Assembly: GCF_036321535.1 (NCBI RefSeq)
Contig: NC_087472.1
Coordinates: 97,838,001 to 97,902,000 of the forward strand
Reading direction: 5' to 3'
From: Camelus dromedarius
Lineage: Eukaryota
Length of the DNA: 64,000 bases
Part shown: one piece after another, positions 39,362 through 51,381 of the stretch
Numbering within the stretch: the stretch's first letter is position 1
Layout of the letters: each line of letters starts with the position of its first letter
Position numbers and translations under genes: made by a program
The notes under the pieces: generated by a model
The model's database searches: none
Seen by the model: only the letters and a program-made list of their open reading frames with translations
What the model was told of the DNA's origin: nothing

Positions 39362-40535
39362 GAACTTCTGGTTTCCATTCTGGCACGTAAAGCATCCGGA
39401 AGCCATCATGCCCATCCACACAACAAGAAAAAAAAAAAAGTTTAGTAAAGTGAAAACAAAGAGCTGCAGTCAGAGGGCAAACTGCTGCCCCCACCACTGC
39501 AGAGGGAGATGCGCAAACAGAAAATTAGCTCACCAGAGCAGAACGTCCCAGGGAACCAGTCTAGCAGAGGAAAACCTAAACTGTAAATGATGAATTGCTA
39601 GAGGCTCAGTGTGGACAAGTCTGAGAGTTTAAACAGTGCAAGGGGCCCAGTCTCATGGCGGCTCCCACACTTTTGTGAGTTTTACCTCCAGGAGGCCTAC
39701 CAGGTCCTCATGGTGAAAACAGGAGAAAAACCTGGCAGCAAGACGAGGGGGAAAGTAGCCGTTCTGACATACACCGGAGCACTGTGCTCTTCAGGCCTGC
39801 CCTCAAAAGCAACGATTTCACCAGAAATCATTTTACCCGTGTCTAACCGGCTTCAGGGGAGTCAGGGACAGAAAGCACCAACTCTAGCCTCCTCTGGCCT
39901 TCCTATCTCACCTAAAGGGTTGGGGGTGAGTGTGGATAAATGAGATGGACCAGTAAAGTTCACAGTCGAGGGGAACAGGCTTACTAAGAGGCCAAGACCT
40001 AATCATAGGACTAGGATGTGTCCCCTCCACTCATGCCTTACCACTGCATCACTCAAGTTCTATCTACCTCAATTCCTTTTACTCAATACATCAAGTCTAG
40101 CTTTCAAAAGAAATTACAAGGCATAGTAAAAGGAAAAAAAAACAATTTGAAGAGACAGATCAAGCGCCAGATCCAGCGCCAGATCCAGGCTCAGATATGG
40201 GAGGGATGTTGGAAATGTCACACCAGGAGCTAAAAATTACTATGATTAATATGCTAAGGGCTCTAATGAAAAAAGTAGGCAACATGCAAGAACAGACAGG
40301 TAATATAAGCACAGAGATGGAAATTCTAAGAAGGAATCAAAAAGTGCTAGAAATTAAAAACACTGTAAGAGAAATGAAAAATGCCTTTAATGGGTTCATC
40401 AGCAGGGTGGACACAGTTGAGGAAAGAATCAGTGGGCTTGAAGACATGCCAAAAGAAACTTCAAAACTGAAATGCAGAGAGAAAAAAAAAAAGGACTCAA
40501 AAAGCAGAGAATATCCAAGAACTGAAGGACAAATT
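39362..40535 (+). mobile_element. Old LINE-1 (L1M-type) 5'UTR plus N-terminal ORF1 remnant, 3'-truncated
   Basis: ORF 40197-40604 (ELKITMINMLRALMKKVGNMQEQ...LEIKNTVREMKNAFNGFISRVDTVEERISGLED) is the L1 ORF1p coiled-coil region. The 5' end resembles the copy at 52730. Confidence 0.85.
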
Positions 40536-40898
40536 ACATTACACTTTGGATCTAACAGCATTCTCACCATCATCTCTATTTGTCAAGAAGCTAAGCACAA
40601 ATGATTAACCCAACACTTATATACATGTTCACCCATGTAGGCGGAGGCCTATATTATGAATGACACGTAAACACAGAAATCGTAAATGTCGACAAAATCA
40701 CTACTTTGAGTAATAAAGAAATAGCACTTCTAGGGTATATACTTCTCTGAGCAAAAACATCTTTCTGAGGATTGTCTTGTAATTTATCATCACAAATTTC
40801 CTTTCGGCTGCCCCTATACCGGCGCTACCTTCACAGAATGAACTGGAGGTGGACTCTCAACGGACAATGTGTTTGAGAGAACTAGGGGAGTCTTTGAC

Positions 40899-41172
40899 AG
40901 CAGCACTATCCAACAGAAATACACCATGAGTTGGCGGGCGTGTACTTTTAAATTTTCTAGTACTTTCATGAAAAAGTGTATAAAGAAACAGATAAACATG
41001 ATATTGTATTTTATTTAACCCAACACATCCAAAATATTATCATTACAACATATCAATATTTTTAAATTATTGAGATATTTTACATTCCTTCTTGCATACT
41101 AAGCTTCAAAATCCCATGTATCCTGTGCTCAAAAGCTACACATGGTTAGGGCTACATATTGGACAGTATAGT
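40899..41172. mobile_element. MER33 hAT-Charlie MITE
   Basis: cagcactatccaacagaaat...aaattttctag...ttatttaacccaacacatccaaaatattatcatt...attggacag. Confidence 0.8.
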
Positions 41173-41184
41173 TCTAGGGCCTTA

Positions 41185-42687
41185 AATCTAAATGTGTGAT
41201 TCCCAGACTAGAAGCACCAGAATAAACTGGGAACTTTTTAAATTGAAGTACAGTTGCTGTACAATATTATGTGAGTTTCAGGTGTACAATATAGTGATTC
41301 ACAGTTTTTAAAGGTTATACTTCACTCATAGGTATTACAAAACATTGGCTATATTCCCTGTGTTATATAATATACCCCTGTAGCTTATTTGTTTTATACA
41401 CAGTAGTTTGTACCTCTTAATCCCCTACCTCTATTGTGTCCTTCACCCACTGGTAACCACTAATTTGTTCTCTAAATCTGTCAGTCTGTTTCTTTTTGTT
41501 ATATTGACTAGATTGTATTTATTAGATTCCACATATAAGTGATATCATACAGTATTTGGCTTTCTCGGTTTGACTTATTTCACTCAGTGTAATATCCTCC
41601 AAGTCTATCCATGTTGCTGCAAACGGCAAAATTGTGTTTTTATGGCTGAGTAGTATCCACTGTGTATGTACACACATCTTGATCCATTCATCTGTCGATG
41701 GACAGTCAGGTTGCTTCCATATCTTGGCAGCTGTAAATGATGCTGCCATGAACATTGGAGTGCGTCTTTTTGTATTAGTGTTTTTGATGTTTTGTATTTA
41801 TACTCAGGCATGGAATTGCTGCGTCATATTGTAGTTATATTTTAAGTTTTTTGAGAAACCTCCGTACTGTCTTCCACAGTGGCTGCACCAACATACAGGC
41901 ATTCCCTTTTCTCCACATACTCGCCTACATTTTTTATTTGTGGTCTTTTTGATAATAGCCATTCTGACAAGTGGGAGGTGAGATCTCATTGTGGTTTTGA
42001 TTTGCAGTTCCCTGATGATTAGTGATGTTGAGCTTCTTTTCAAGTGCCTGTTGGCCATCTGTGTTTCCTCTTTGGAAAAATGATGATTCAGCTCTTCTGC
42101 CCATTTTTTAAATTTTTTTTTAATGTTGAGTTGTATGAACTGTTTATATACGTATATATAACTATACTGAATTCATTGATGAGCTCAAGTAGTTTTCAGG
42201 TTGCTTCTTTAGGCTTTTGTATGTATAGTATCATGTCATCTGCAATCAGTTTTACTTCTTTTCCAATATGGATTCCTTTTTTTATTTCTTTTCTTCTCTG
42301 ATTGCTGTGGCTGGGACTTCCAGTACTATGTTGAATGAAAGCGGCGACAGTGGGCATCCTTGCCTTGTTCCTGATCTTAGAGCAAATGCTTTCAGCTTTT
42401 CACCACTGAGTATGATGCTAGCTGTGGGCTTGTCATATATGGCCTTTATTATGTTGAGGTGTGTTCTGTCTATGCCCACTTTCTGGAGAGTTTTTATCAT
42501 AAGTAGATGTTGAATTTCATCCAAAGCTTTTTCTGCATCTATTGAGATGAGCATATGGTTTTTATACCTGGGAACTTGTTAAATTCAGAATCTTTAGTCT
42601 CACCCAGAACTACTGAGGCAGAATCTGCATTTTAACAGGATTCCCCCATCAGGTGATTAGTGCCCATTAAAATTTGAGAAGCACTGG
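41185..42687. mobile_element. MER5A1-like hAT MITE split by the minus-strand L1
   Basis: The left piece ...gcaccagaataaactgggaactt and the right piece cctgggaacttgttaaattcagaatc...gaatctgcattttaacaggattcccc...aaatttgagaagcactg join into one MER5A1. Confidence 0.75.
41237..42567 (-). mobile_element. LINE-1, minus strand, 5'-truncated with an internal deletion
   Basis: ORF 42282-42554 ([10 protein letters not shown]...[20 protein letters not shown] domain) and ORF 41804-42058 (ORF2 C-terminus), then the 3'UTR. TSD CTGGGAACTT at 41227-41236 and 42568-42577. Confidence 0.93.
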
Positions 42688-45600
42688 TTTAGTATGATGG
42701 GCCTTCAGGAGAAATGAGAAAAGTACATAAAGGAGATAGGACAGTGCAAAGTTTAATGTGCTCTAACCAGCTCCCAGGTGATGCTGATGCTACTGGTCCT
42801 CTGACCACACTTCTAATAGCAAAGAGAGTTTAGTCCAGAAATACACACTGAATACTTTCTATTTTCCCAGCCCTATGTCCGATAAAAATGTATTAGATTA
42901 AATCTAGCCCCAGAACAACCTATGTCTACTTGGAAAGACAAGACCATTGCAGATGAAAACACCAGAAAGCAATAAAGGGCAGTATTACTAAAACAGCAAA
43001 ATATTGAATCAGACAGGGAGTGCTGTGAGCTATCAGGGAAATGAACAATTTGAGTATGGGTCAATGTCAGCAGAAAATGAAGCTTCCCTGGTTACCAGAG
43101 AGGAGTTTAAGCTGGACTGTTAAAGAGGCATAGCCGCCTTTAAAGAAAAGGTCAAAGTGGGGATTGGAGAGTGGGCTCTGCTTACTCTGTGCAATAATTC
43201 TTGGTTACTCGTTGTTTTCTCCAAGTGATCTCAAATGTTCTGATTGTATACAGCTAGCAGTAAAAATATTGTTCACACATATCCTCAGATGATGTAAATT
43301 TATTTCTAAGCTATATACACATACTATGCCAATCCATAAAGTAAATATTAATAAAGATTAATTTCTTATCTTTTAGAATAAAGATATGCACACATATTCC
43401 AATATTGTCTTCCTGCTCTCTAATAGATTTTGGAAGCCACTGCTCTAAGCCAAGAAAACATGTCAGCACTCAGCAGAGTGTGATGCAATAAACAGAGGTA
43501 CCAACTAGTAAAAAAAAAAAAAAAAAAAACTGCCAGGAGACTGGGGAGTTGTCACAACTTGATGTTGCAGTGGTAGATCTCCCCCAAGGAAAGAGTTTAG
43601 CCCATCACAAAAGGGTGAGCTGTGCTGAAGGTGGGCAAGCCTCAGCGGTTTTGACCAGCGCTCTTCCAACTGGCAAACTCTTTAATTACCCTTCCGGTCT
43701 CAGTTTAAGTCTTCCTCAAAGGGGCCTTCCCAGATCTTGCAGTTTAACTTGTGGCCTCTTGTGGATCTCACTCACCGCATTATGTCCTCTCCCTATATAA
43801 TATTCATTACAATTTGTAACTCCTAGTTTCCTCGGGGGACCGTGCCTTTCACAGCTGTCTTCCTCACTGTCCTGTTAAGCTCCCTAAGAGCAGTGATTTG
43901 TTCACCGCTGTGTATCCAGCAATGAGCCCTAGGTCTGAGACATAGGAGGTACTCGATACATGTTTGTAGAATGAATGGCAAAGAAAATTAAATATGGCCA
44001 TTATAGTCCTTTTAGTTTATAAAATGCTAAAATTTTCGAAGTAACTCTGCTTTAAGCGAAAGAGTCAGAGAGCTGACTGGGCCTTATTCACTGGAGCTCA
44101 GATGGTGACTGACTGACCACCCCGCTGTATGGACTGGACAGAGAATGGGACACAAAATGTGAAAGTTGTTCAATTTTTTTTCCCTCCATTTTTGCCATCC
44201 TTAATCCTGACTCTCGTTTCATAAATGCCTTTCTGGTATGCCATGAAGACATCTATTGTTTGGGCCAGTCACCCACATTGGGCTTAATGGGGAAATGTTA
44301 GCAACTATCAAAATCACAACTCTGCAGAATTTGAGGGAATCCAGTCAAGCAACACGTGGTCAGAAGTGGATCTGTTCTCCACTTTCTCTGGGTTCTTATT
44401 CTGTTACTTATCCAATTGATGCAGTTGGTCATTGGTTGTTGGGTCCAGTTCAAGCAGCCCATGTGAGCTGAGATCTCGATTTTATTTACTGTGTCTGTAC
44501 AACAACAAAACATGTCCCAGCTTTGAATTCAGATTACGTCTGACATGCAAAAGACACCAACCACCAAAATCCCCAGTTAGCATTAGACTTCACATTTGAT
44601 TAGATCCATTTCCATCCACATCTTTCAACATTGCATAGACTTGCCTTTGGTGGCACTACTAAACCACTTTTATACAATATTAGGTTGATTTATTTGTCCG
44701 ATTTTAGGAAGCATTATCTAATTTTAGCTAACTGAGCACAAGTTTGCATCTTGCTGTTGTATCAGTGTGTTTTAACAAATGCACTTAGTAGAGCCTCATT
44801 TTGATGGGTAAGTTTCATAACTATGCAATAATCGATCCTTGTACAGCTGCTTTAATCAATTTTAGTATTTTCTTGAATAGATTCTATGCCTGTATCATTT
44901 TGTCACTTCTCAATTGAGGGAGTGCGCAGAAGTTGCCAGAAGCAGCAAAAATTCACATTTATAGAATACCTTTTCACTGCATTGAGATTTTTCATGTTTC
45001 ATAATCTTTCTGGAAGATGTTTCTGAGGGATTTCTCAGAAGACAGATGCATTGGTTTCTGTGACTGATGACAGTCTGACTTCACAAGTGGCCTTTTTGAG
45101 AGGTTACTAAGACTTGACACGTTAACATCCCATAAATCTCCCGTGTTCCAATTCCACAACGTACATTTCCTCTCCACCAGCCAGGGCAGAGAGGAATGCT
45201 TGTGCTCCTTTGACAGTTATGCCTAAGAAAGGAAAAAGGGAAGCCACTTCTGCAGGGACATTAACCTGCTCGATGTCTCTGCTATTTTATGTACATACCC
45301 CACTTCTCTCTTGCCGCCTCCGAGAAAATATGTGTGACCTTTGATAGAGCAGAAGAACCTTGTAAACCTCTCTGATGTTTAATAATTTCATTATTCTTAC
45401 TGGAATGATGTACCAGCCGGTACAGACAGCTTGTGGAACTCGGCTCATGGGTAAATGTTCAGTCTCATGCTGTTTTAACAACATTGGCTCCATCATCAGT
45501 GCAAATAGAACCAGTGGAAAGAATATGAGGAGTGAGATATTTATTTGGAGTTGCGGCTGTGATTCTGTTTTCCCAGGCGCCGTGATGAAGGTGCACTTTC

Positions 45601-45814
45601 TGGGAGATGAGGCACTGGCCATGCCACCGAGTCCCCCATGAGGGCTTGCTCAATATTTGCTGGTAATGATGATGATGTAATTCCATGAGGCAGCTGTCAG
45701 TTAACAAACCTCATGAGTCTCAATCAGCCCTGATTTAATTTGCCCTTCAGTAAAGGTTAAAACATGGGGAAACTCAAAATATACACTGTGTAGAAAAAAT
45801 GTACTACAGCTTTT

Positions 45815-45953
45815 AAAAAATTACTTTAAAAGCATTTTGGGGATTTTGAGGGGGTTAATTAGATTGATTGATTATTTTTTAACGGAGGTACTGTTGAACC
45901 CAGGACCTCGTGCATGCTAAGCACGCGCTCTGCTGCTGAGCTGTACCCACCCC
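45815..45953 (-). mobile_element. tRNA-Ala-derived SINE (camelid Vic-1-like)
   Basis: Reverse reads GGGGTGGGTACAGCTCAGCAGCAGAGCGCGTGCTTAGCATGCACGAGGTCCTGGGTTCAAC..., then an AT-rich tail. Degenerate 15-bp TSD TGTACTACAGCTTTT (45800-45814) / TGTATTGCAGCTTTT (45954-45968). Confidence 0.88.
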
Positions 45954-46377
45954 TGTATTGCAGCTTTTGAATGAGTGCTTTTTAAAGGAAAATGTACCCT
46001 TTTAAAGGAAGATGCTCAATTTTTCAATTATTTCTCTCCAACTATAAGTGTCTTCTCTCTCGCTGGACCAAAAAAAAAAAAAAACAATCTATACACACAC
46101 ACACAGAAGCATGTATCTCAGTATAATTATACACAAATAAGATTAATTCCAGAATGTAATGCAACTGTCTTCATCATCACAAAATAAACAGTGAGCAGAA
46201 TATCTCTTGCTGTTGGACTCACCAGCTTGCAAATATTTTCAGGGTAGGCTGGTGCTTCCAACATGAATGATTTACCATTCCTTTCTCCTTTCCTATCATA
46301 TTGATCATTTACTTACCAGGGAAGATTTTGTACCATGAGCAACAGCTTTTAAGGCTAGATTTACAAGTGTCTACACT

Positions 46378-46568
46378 AGTGGTTCTCCACTGGGTTGCAC
46401 ATGAGAATCAACCGGGGAGATTTTAAAATTCACCCTGCCAGGGTTGTACGCTAGGCCAATTAAATCAGAAATTGGGGAATCAGAACTTGGGAGCTAGGGG
46501 ACATGGACACAATACTTTTAGAGCTTCTGAAGTGACTCCACTGTGTAGCCAAGGGTGAAAACCAACAG
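46378..46568. mobile_element. MER5B-like hAT MITE
   Basis: agtggttctc...gttgcacatgagaatcaaccggggag...gccaagggtgaaaacca. Confidence 0.7.
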
Positions 46569-46930
46569 CCCACAGCAACAAATGGTTTGATCAGTGAATG
46601 AGCCAGTTTTGAGTTAAAAATTCTAAGTTCCATGAAGCCATTAGACAACTGACAACTATAGCATCTGGAAAGATTTCACAAAGCAAAACCTTGTGAGGAT
46701 GGAAAGGAACAGGACATGTCAATGCGACAGTGTACCAATGACTGCACTCTGAGTAACTTTCCAAGGCAATCTAAGAGAGACTCCCTGCGCTGTCGTCCTC
46801 TCCCCCCCTTACTAGCCAAAAGACCTGGGGCACGTGACATTTCATCTTAGAGCCCTAGCTTCCTCTTCTACGAAATGCTGTTGCTATTACCAGAATCTAC
46901 TTCGTATCATGAAGATGAAGTGGACTATGG

Positions 46931-47152
46931 CAGGATCGGCAAACATTTTCGGAAACGGGCCTATCATTTTGGCTTTACAGGCCGTACCGTCTCTGTGTAA
47001 CTACTCAGCTCTGCCACTGAGGCGAAATAAGCAGCCGTCAGCATTGGGGAAATGAACACGAGATCATTCGAGCTGTGTTCTCATTTAACCTGATTTACAA
47101 CAACAGGTAGTGGCCCAAATTCAGCCCCCAGGCTGCAGCTTGCCAACGCCTG
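46931..47152. mobile_element. MER58A hAT MITE
   Basis: caggatcggcaaac...actactcagctctgccact...gcagcttgccaacgcctg with inverted termini. Confidence 0.8.
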
Positions 47153-48480
47153 CACTAACACATGCTACACGGTCGCTACAGGATGTTGCATTTTTGTTAC
47201 GAAGTGTGGAAAGGAAGCCATCTCCCTAAGATATACACCTTTAGCCCTCTCTCTCAGCTCCTTTTAACCCGACCAGACTTCAGCTGGTAGAACAAAACTC
47301 CAAAGGCTGCAGTTCCTAGGAAAGGAGAAGGTGGCGGTGTCCTGTGTCTGTTTTCTCCCTTTACAGTGGCCACGGTCCCAGAGCTGGGGGCGAAGAGAAC
47401 TAAGGCCGGAGCGCAGGGCCCGAGTGCACTGCCCCGGCGGCGCATTGCTTTACAGGAGCTCTCGGAGCAAACAGCACAGACACTAAAGCCATTAGGGAAA
47501 CTGTGAATTAAACCCCGAGTTGTAAGGAGCCACTGAAATCCCAGAGATGAAATAAATCATTACTGTCAACTGCTCAGCATGAGTAATAAAAAATATCAAT
47601 CCACTTAGCTAGAAATGAATTTGAAAATTGTGCTTTAAACAATAGTGATATGTGAGCAAAATCAACAACGAAGCAGTTCTGCTATTTCATCCTTCAGGGA
47701 AGGACCGAGGAGCGTGATCCCGGTGGCGAGTTAGCTTCTCTGGTATCAAGGGAGCAGGAGTCAGTGAGAAACGGCTGTGTGAGTCAGCAGTTAGAAACAA
47801 AACTCAATGCAGTGCTTCACTCCTTCCTCATGATATTAAACACATCCTTTTTTCCCCGCAGGTCATATTTCAAAGGCCAGATCCTTCCCAAGGCCTAAAC
47901 TGTTCCTTGGATAATTTCAATCAGCCGTTCATTCACTAATCATTTAGTAACCACTTCAACATGCCAAGCAATGTGCTCGGGGCTGGAAAAGCCAAGGCCA
48001 GGAAGCCTGTGTCCTTGCCCTCAAGACCTCTCTAGGGCCACTCTTTAAATTTGCTCATTCAGATGCCCACATTCTTAACTTTTCTCCCAGGAAGAATCCT
48101 AAGGACCAAATCTTACCTATTTTCTCAAATGGCTTCGAAGACCCACATCATCATGTGGTGTCCTGTCATTCTTTGCTGATGTACTTTCATCTTTGAGTTT
48201 TGCTTGCTTCATGTTGCTGTCAAAGACTGGCTCAGAGTGCGGGGGTGTCTTTCTCATTAAATCTTTTCTCACAAAACTCCAGAGTGTTTTCATCATTTAA
48301 GAAAAAGCCAAAAGCTATCTGACTTGTTTAAATGTGTGCGAGGACTTGTGGGGAAGGGAGGGGGAAAATGACAAGAACAAGTGGTAGGAATTTATCATAG
48401 TTACTATCTGTAAACTCCTAAGTAAGGTCCGCAGAGCCAAATGCATGGACAGCATCGAAGGTCTCATTCGGGAGTGTGTC

Positions 48481-48984
48481 TGCAGTAGGTACAAAACACA
48501 GTAATGCCCCCCTCCAAAGATGCCCGCGTCCTAATTCCCAGAAACTGTGAATTTGTTGTACTATCGTGTAATGATGACATGGCAAAATGGACTTTGCGGG
48601 TGTGATTAAGCTAAGGATCTTGAGATGAGGAGATCATGCTGGATGAGCTGGGTGGGCCAATGGAATCGCAAGGGTCCTTATAAAGGAAAGGGGGCAGGAG
48701 TGTCAGAGTCAGAAAGAAAGAAGGCGATTGAAGATGCTACACTGCAGGCTTTGAAAACAAAGTAAGGAGCCATGAGGCCGGGCATGCAAACAGCCTCTGG
48801 AAGCAGAAGAAGGCAACAAACACATTCTCCTTGAGAGCCTCCGTGGAGGGACACAGCCCTATGGAGGGACACAGCCCTACGGACCCACTTCTGACCTCCA
48901 GAAGTGTAAAAGAATGCATTTGTGTTGCTGTTAAGCCACTAAGATTGTGCTCATGTGTTACAGCAGTAGCAGGGAACTCATACA
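48481..48984 (+). mobile_element. MaLR MLT1C/D solo LTR, essentially full length
   Basis: aatgccccctccaaagatg...gtgattaagctaaggatcttgagatgaggagat...aagccactaag...ttacagcagtagcagggaactcataca. Confidence 0.88.
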
Positions 48985-49649
48985 GCACACCTGTACAGGT
49001 ATATTGCTAACAAATGCAGAAAGGGAGAGGGGTGCCCTTTAATTCAAGTGTGCTGATTTGCCACCTTAGATAATTTGTTTATAGTCACGATATAAGCAAA
49101 GCAGTTTATGTTCTCACCCTCGGCTTGTCTTTCCTAAATAAGGCTATCACAACCATTTGTTGGGAATTTGAGAATATTTTATCGGCACAGCATGTTTCTT
49201 GCATTAGATTATTTGTTGTACTAATGATTGAAAAACCCAGAAAAATACAAAATTGCATATGGGGGCTGGAGAAAATGTTCTCTACGAGACAGGAACAGTT
49301 ATATGTTTGTGGGTACGTGTGAGCATGAAGGAAACCATTTTTGGCCCATCAAGGCTTATAGAAACACAGTGATCAATAATGTATAAAGAATTTTATCTTA
49401 AAAATCAAATGGCCCTGATTTTAAAAGAACAGAATATATTGCATTTGCACAGTCCTAATTTTAATATACAGTCCCTTTTCAATCACCATTTAAAAACCCC
49501 TCATTATGATCAAATTAGTGTTCCAAAATAGGTATTTTAGAGTAACATTTATAATTGCTCAAGTAATCAGACTCACAGTGGGTTGTGAGCCGCAGAACAG
49601 GACTCCAGCTTTGACCACTCTGAGCTCTCAGGATTTTGTTGCTATTACT

Positions 49650-49820
49650 GATCCCTAGGCCTGCATATGCCACTTCTGATGCCAAGGCACTGCGCCAAGT
49701 GCTTTATAAATATTCACTTATTTAGTCCTCACAGCAACCTTTTGAGGTGAACACTTATTATCCCGATTTTACAAACTAGGAAACTGAGGCACAGAGTGAC
49801 CAAGTAACTTGCCCAAGTTC
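49650..49820 (-). mobile_element. MIR SINE
   Basis: gccaagtgcttt...ttagtcctcacagcaacc...ggaaactgaggcacagag...aagtaacttgcccaag. Confidence 0.85.
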
Positions 49821-50294
49821 CTAAAGAACTTTAGCCCCTGGCAGATATCACGAAGGGAAATTGGGGACTGTTGGCCAAATCCCAGGATACCCCAGGAACT
49901 CTCCAGCAAGGAGGCAAGGAACTGGCCAAGGTATCGGGAGAGCAGAGATCATGTGTCCTGCCATATGGATGGAGATGTAACACCCACAGCCAGAGGAAGG
50001 TGGTATAAGGCCCTCAATAAAGGAAAAGTACCAAACTGAAAGGGCACGGCCAGTGTTGGTGGTTGAAAAGAAGAATGATCATTTAGGAGTTAGCTTCTGC
50101 ACCTCTGGGTGAAGAAGCTTCCACCTCTGGGAAAATCTCCTTCCTCTTGGGGTTAAGCTGGCTCAAGTTCTCTCTGAGCGGAACACAAGCACAGACCATG
50201 GTGGGAGCAGAAGACCTCCATGCAGGCCAGATCACGGTGGGAAGCTGCAGCCACCACCAAAGAGGAGGGGGAAAGGTGCTGCTAGAGGAGATCA

Positions 50295-50465
50295 TAAGAG
50301 TTCTCATCAAGAGGGAAAAAATAATTCATAACTATGTGAGGTGATAGATACTAACTAAACTTAACTGCAGTAATCATTTTGCAAGATATACATGTATTAA
50401 ATCATTACGCTGTACACTTAAAACTTAGACAATGTTATATGTCAGTTATCTGTCATTAAAACTGG
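50295..50465 (+). mobile_element. Old LINE-1 (L1MA/MB-type) 3'UTR fragment
   Basis: gttctcatca...aactatgtgaggtgat...aatcattacgctgtacacttaaaactt...ttatatgtcagtta. Confidence 0.75.
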
Positions 50466-51381
50466 TCCAGTATGATGCCCATGATAACATCATAAACATA
50501 ACTTCATCACATAGATCCAGGAGAAAAACAAACCTATTAGAGTAAATAGCAGAATCAGCTGTCTTCCAACTGTTAGTTTATCCCGGAGTGGCAAAAACAT
50601 TGAAGTACTTCATTAAATATTTTAAAAACTGAAGCTTATTTGTTTCCATGCAATACAGTAAGTTAAGCTGCCATCACAAAATGCTTTTTTCACTAGCATC
50701 TCAATTACAAGTAATTAGGTGTTTTTAAATGGCTTGTGATGCTAAAATCAGTTGGTCTTTAAGTATTTTAACGTCCCATGCTAACTTCCACCATGACAAA
50801 AAAAAGTGTTGTTCTTTTCCTACTGAACAAAAATTTTGTTCCCCATACCCCCGAAAAAGGCAAACTGGTACCCAGAAAGTTTGATTTATCAGAACTCTGA
50901 ATTACAGTTCCAGAAACTATAAAGAAACAAACATGTTAAAAGTTAAATCAAGGAAACATTTGGTTTATTTAAGAATAAGCACCCAAACATATGTGTCTAA
51001 ATTTCCTGAGTTCTCAAATCTTGGCCCAAAACATCTTGGGAAAGCAGATATACCAAAGAGGTTTCTTGGCATACATCTTTCTGAGTTGTAAATACTAGTA
51101 GAGTAACGTTTCTCTAAGTAATTTTGGCACATTTAGTGTTGAGAACATTTAGAACAGAATCTGATTCTGTTCTAATCAAAATTAGTATTGAACTCTAATT
51201 TTAATCAAATTATGTCAACTACTAATTTCTGTCAGCTTATTTATTTGCATTTATTTTGCCACACAGTAAAAGAGAGGGACTCAGAGAAGCGGGTGGGGTG
51301 TCTGTCTGGTCAGCCCCAGGAAACTAGAAAGCCAGGTAGCATGTAGGTTCCCGGAAGATGTGCCTACAATAGAAGCCAGTG

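Noticed and set aside
40197..40604. 135-aa coiled-coil ORF as a domesticated L1TD1-like gene
   Set aside because: Only a partial ORF1 stretch that runs off into unrelated sequence; no RRM or CTD part and no sign of maintenance.
42282..42554. Reverse-transcriptase ORF as a retron, DGR or other novel RT system
   Set aside because: Ordinary L1 ORF2 RT fragment (QGCPLSP motif) inside a TSD-flanked dead L1.
47341..47870. Strong + strand splice acceptors at about 47366 and 47861
   Set aside because: No matching downstream donor or coherent reading frame found; isolated pyrimidine-AG sites are common by chance.
40156..48879. Short direct repeats (12-bp at 40156, 18-bp at 48844) as CRISPR-like arrays
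   Set aside because: Head-to-tail duplications without spacers, inside mammalian repeats.
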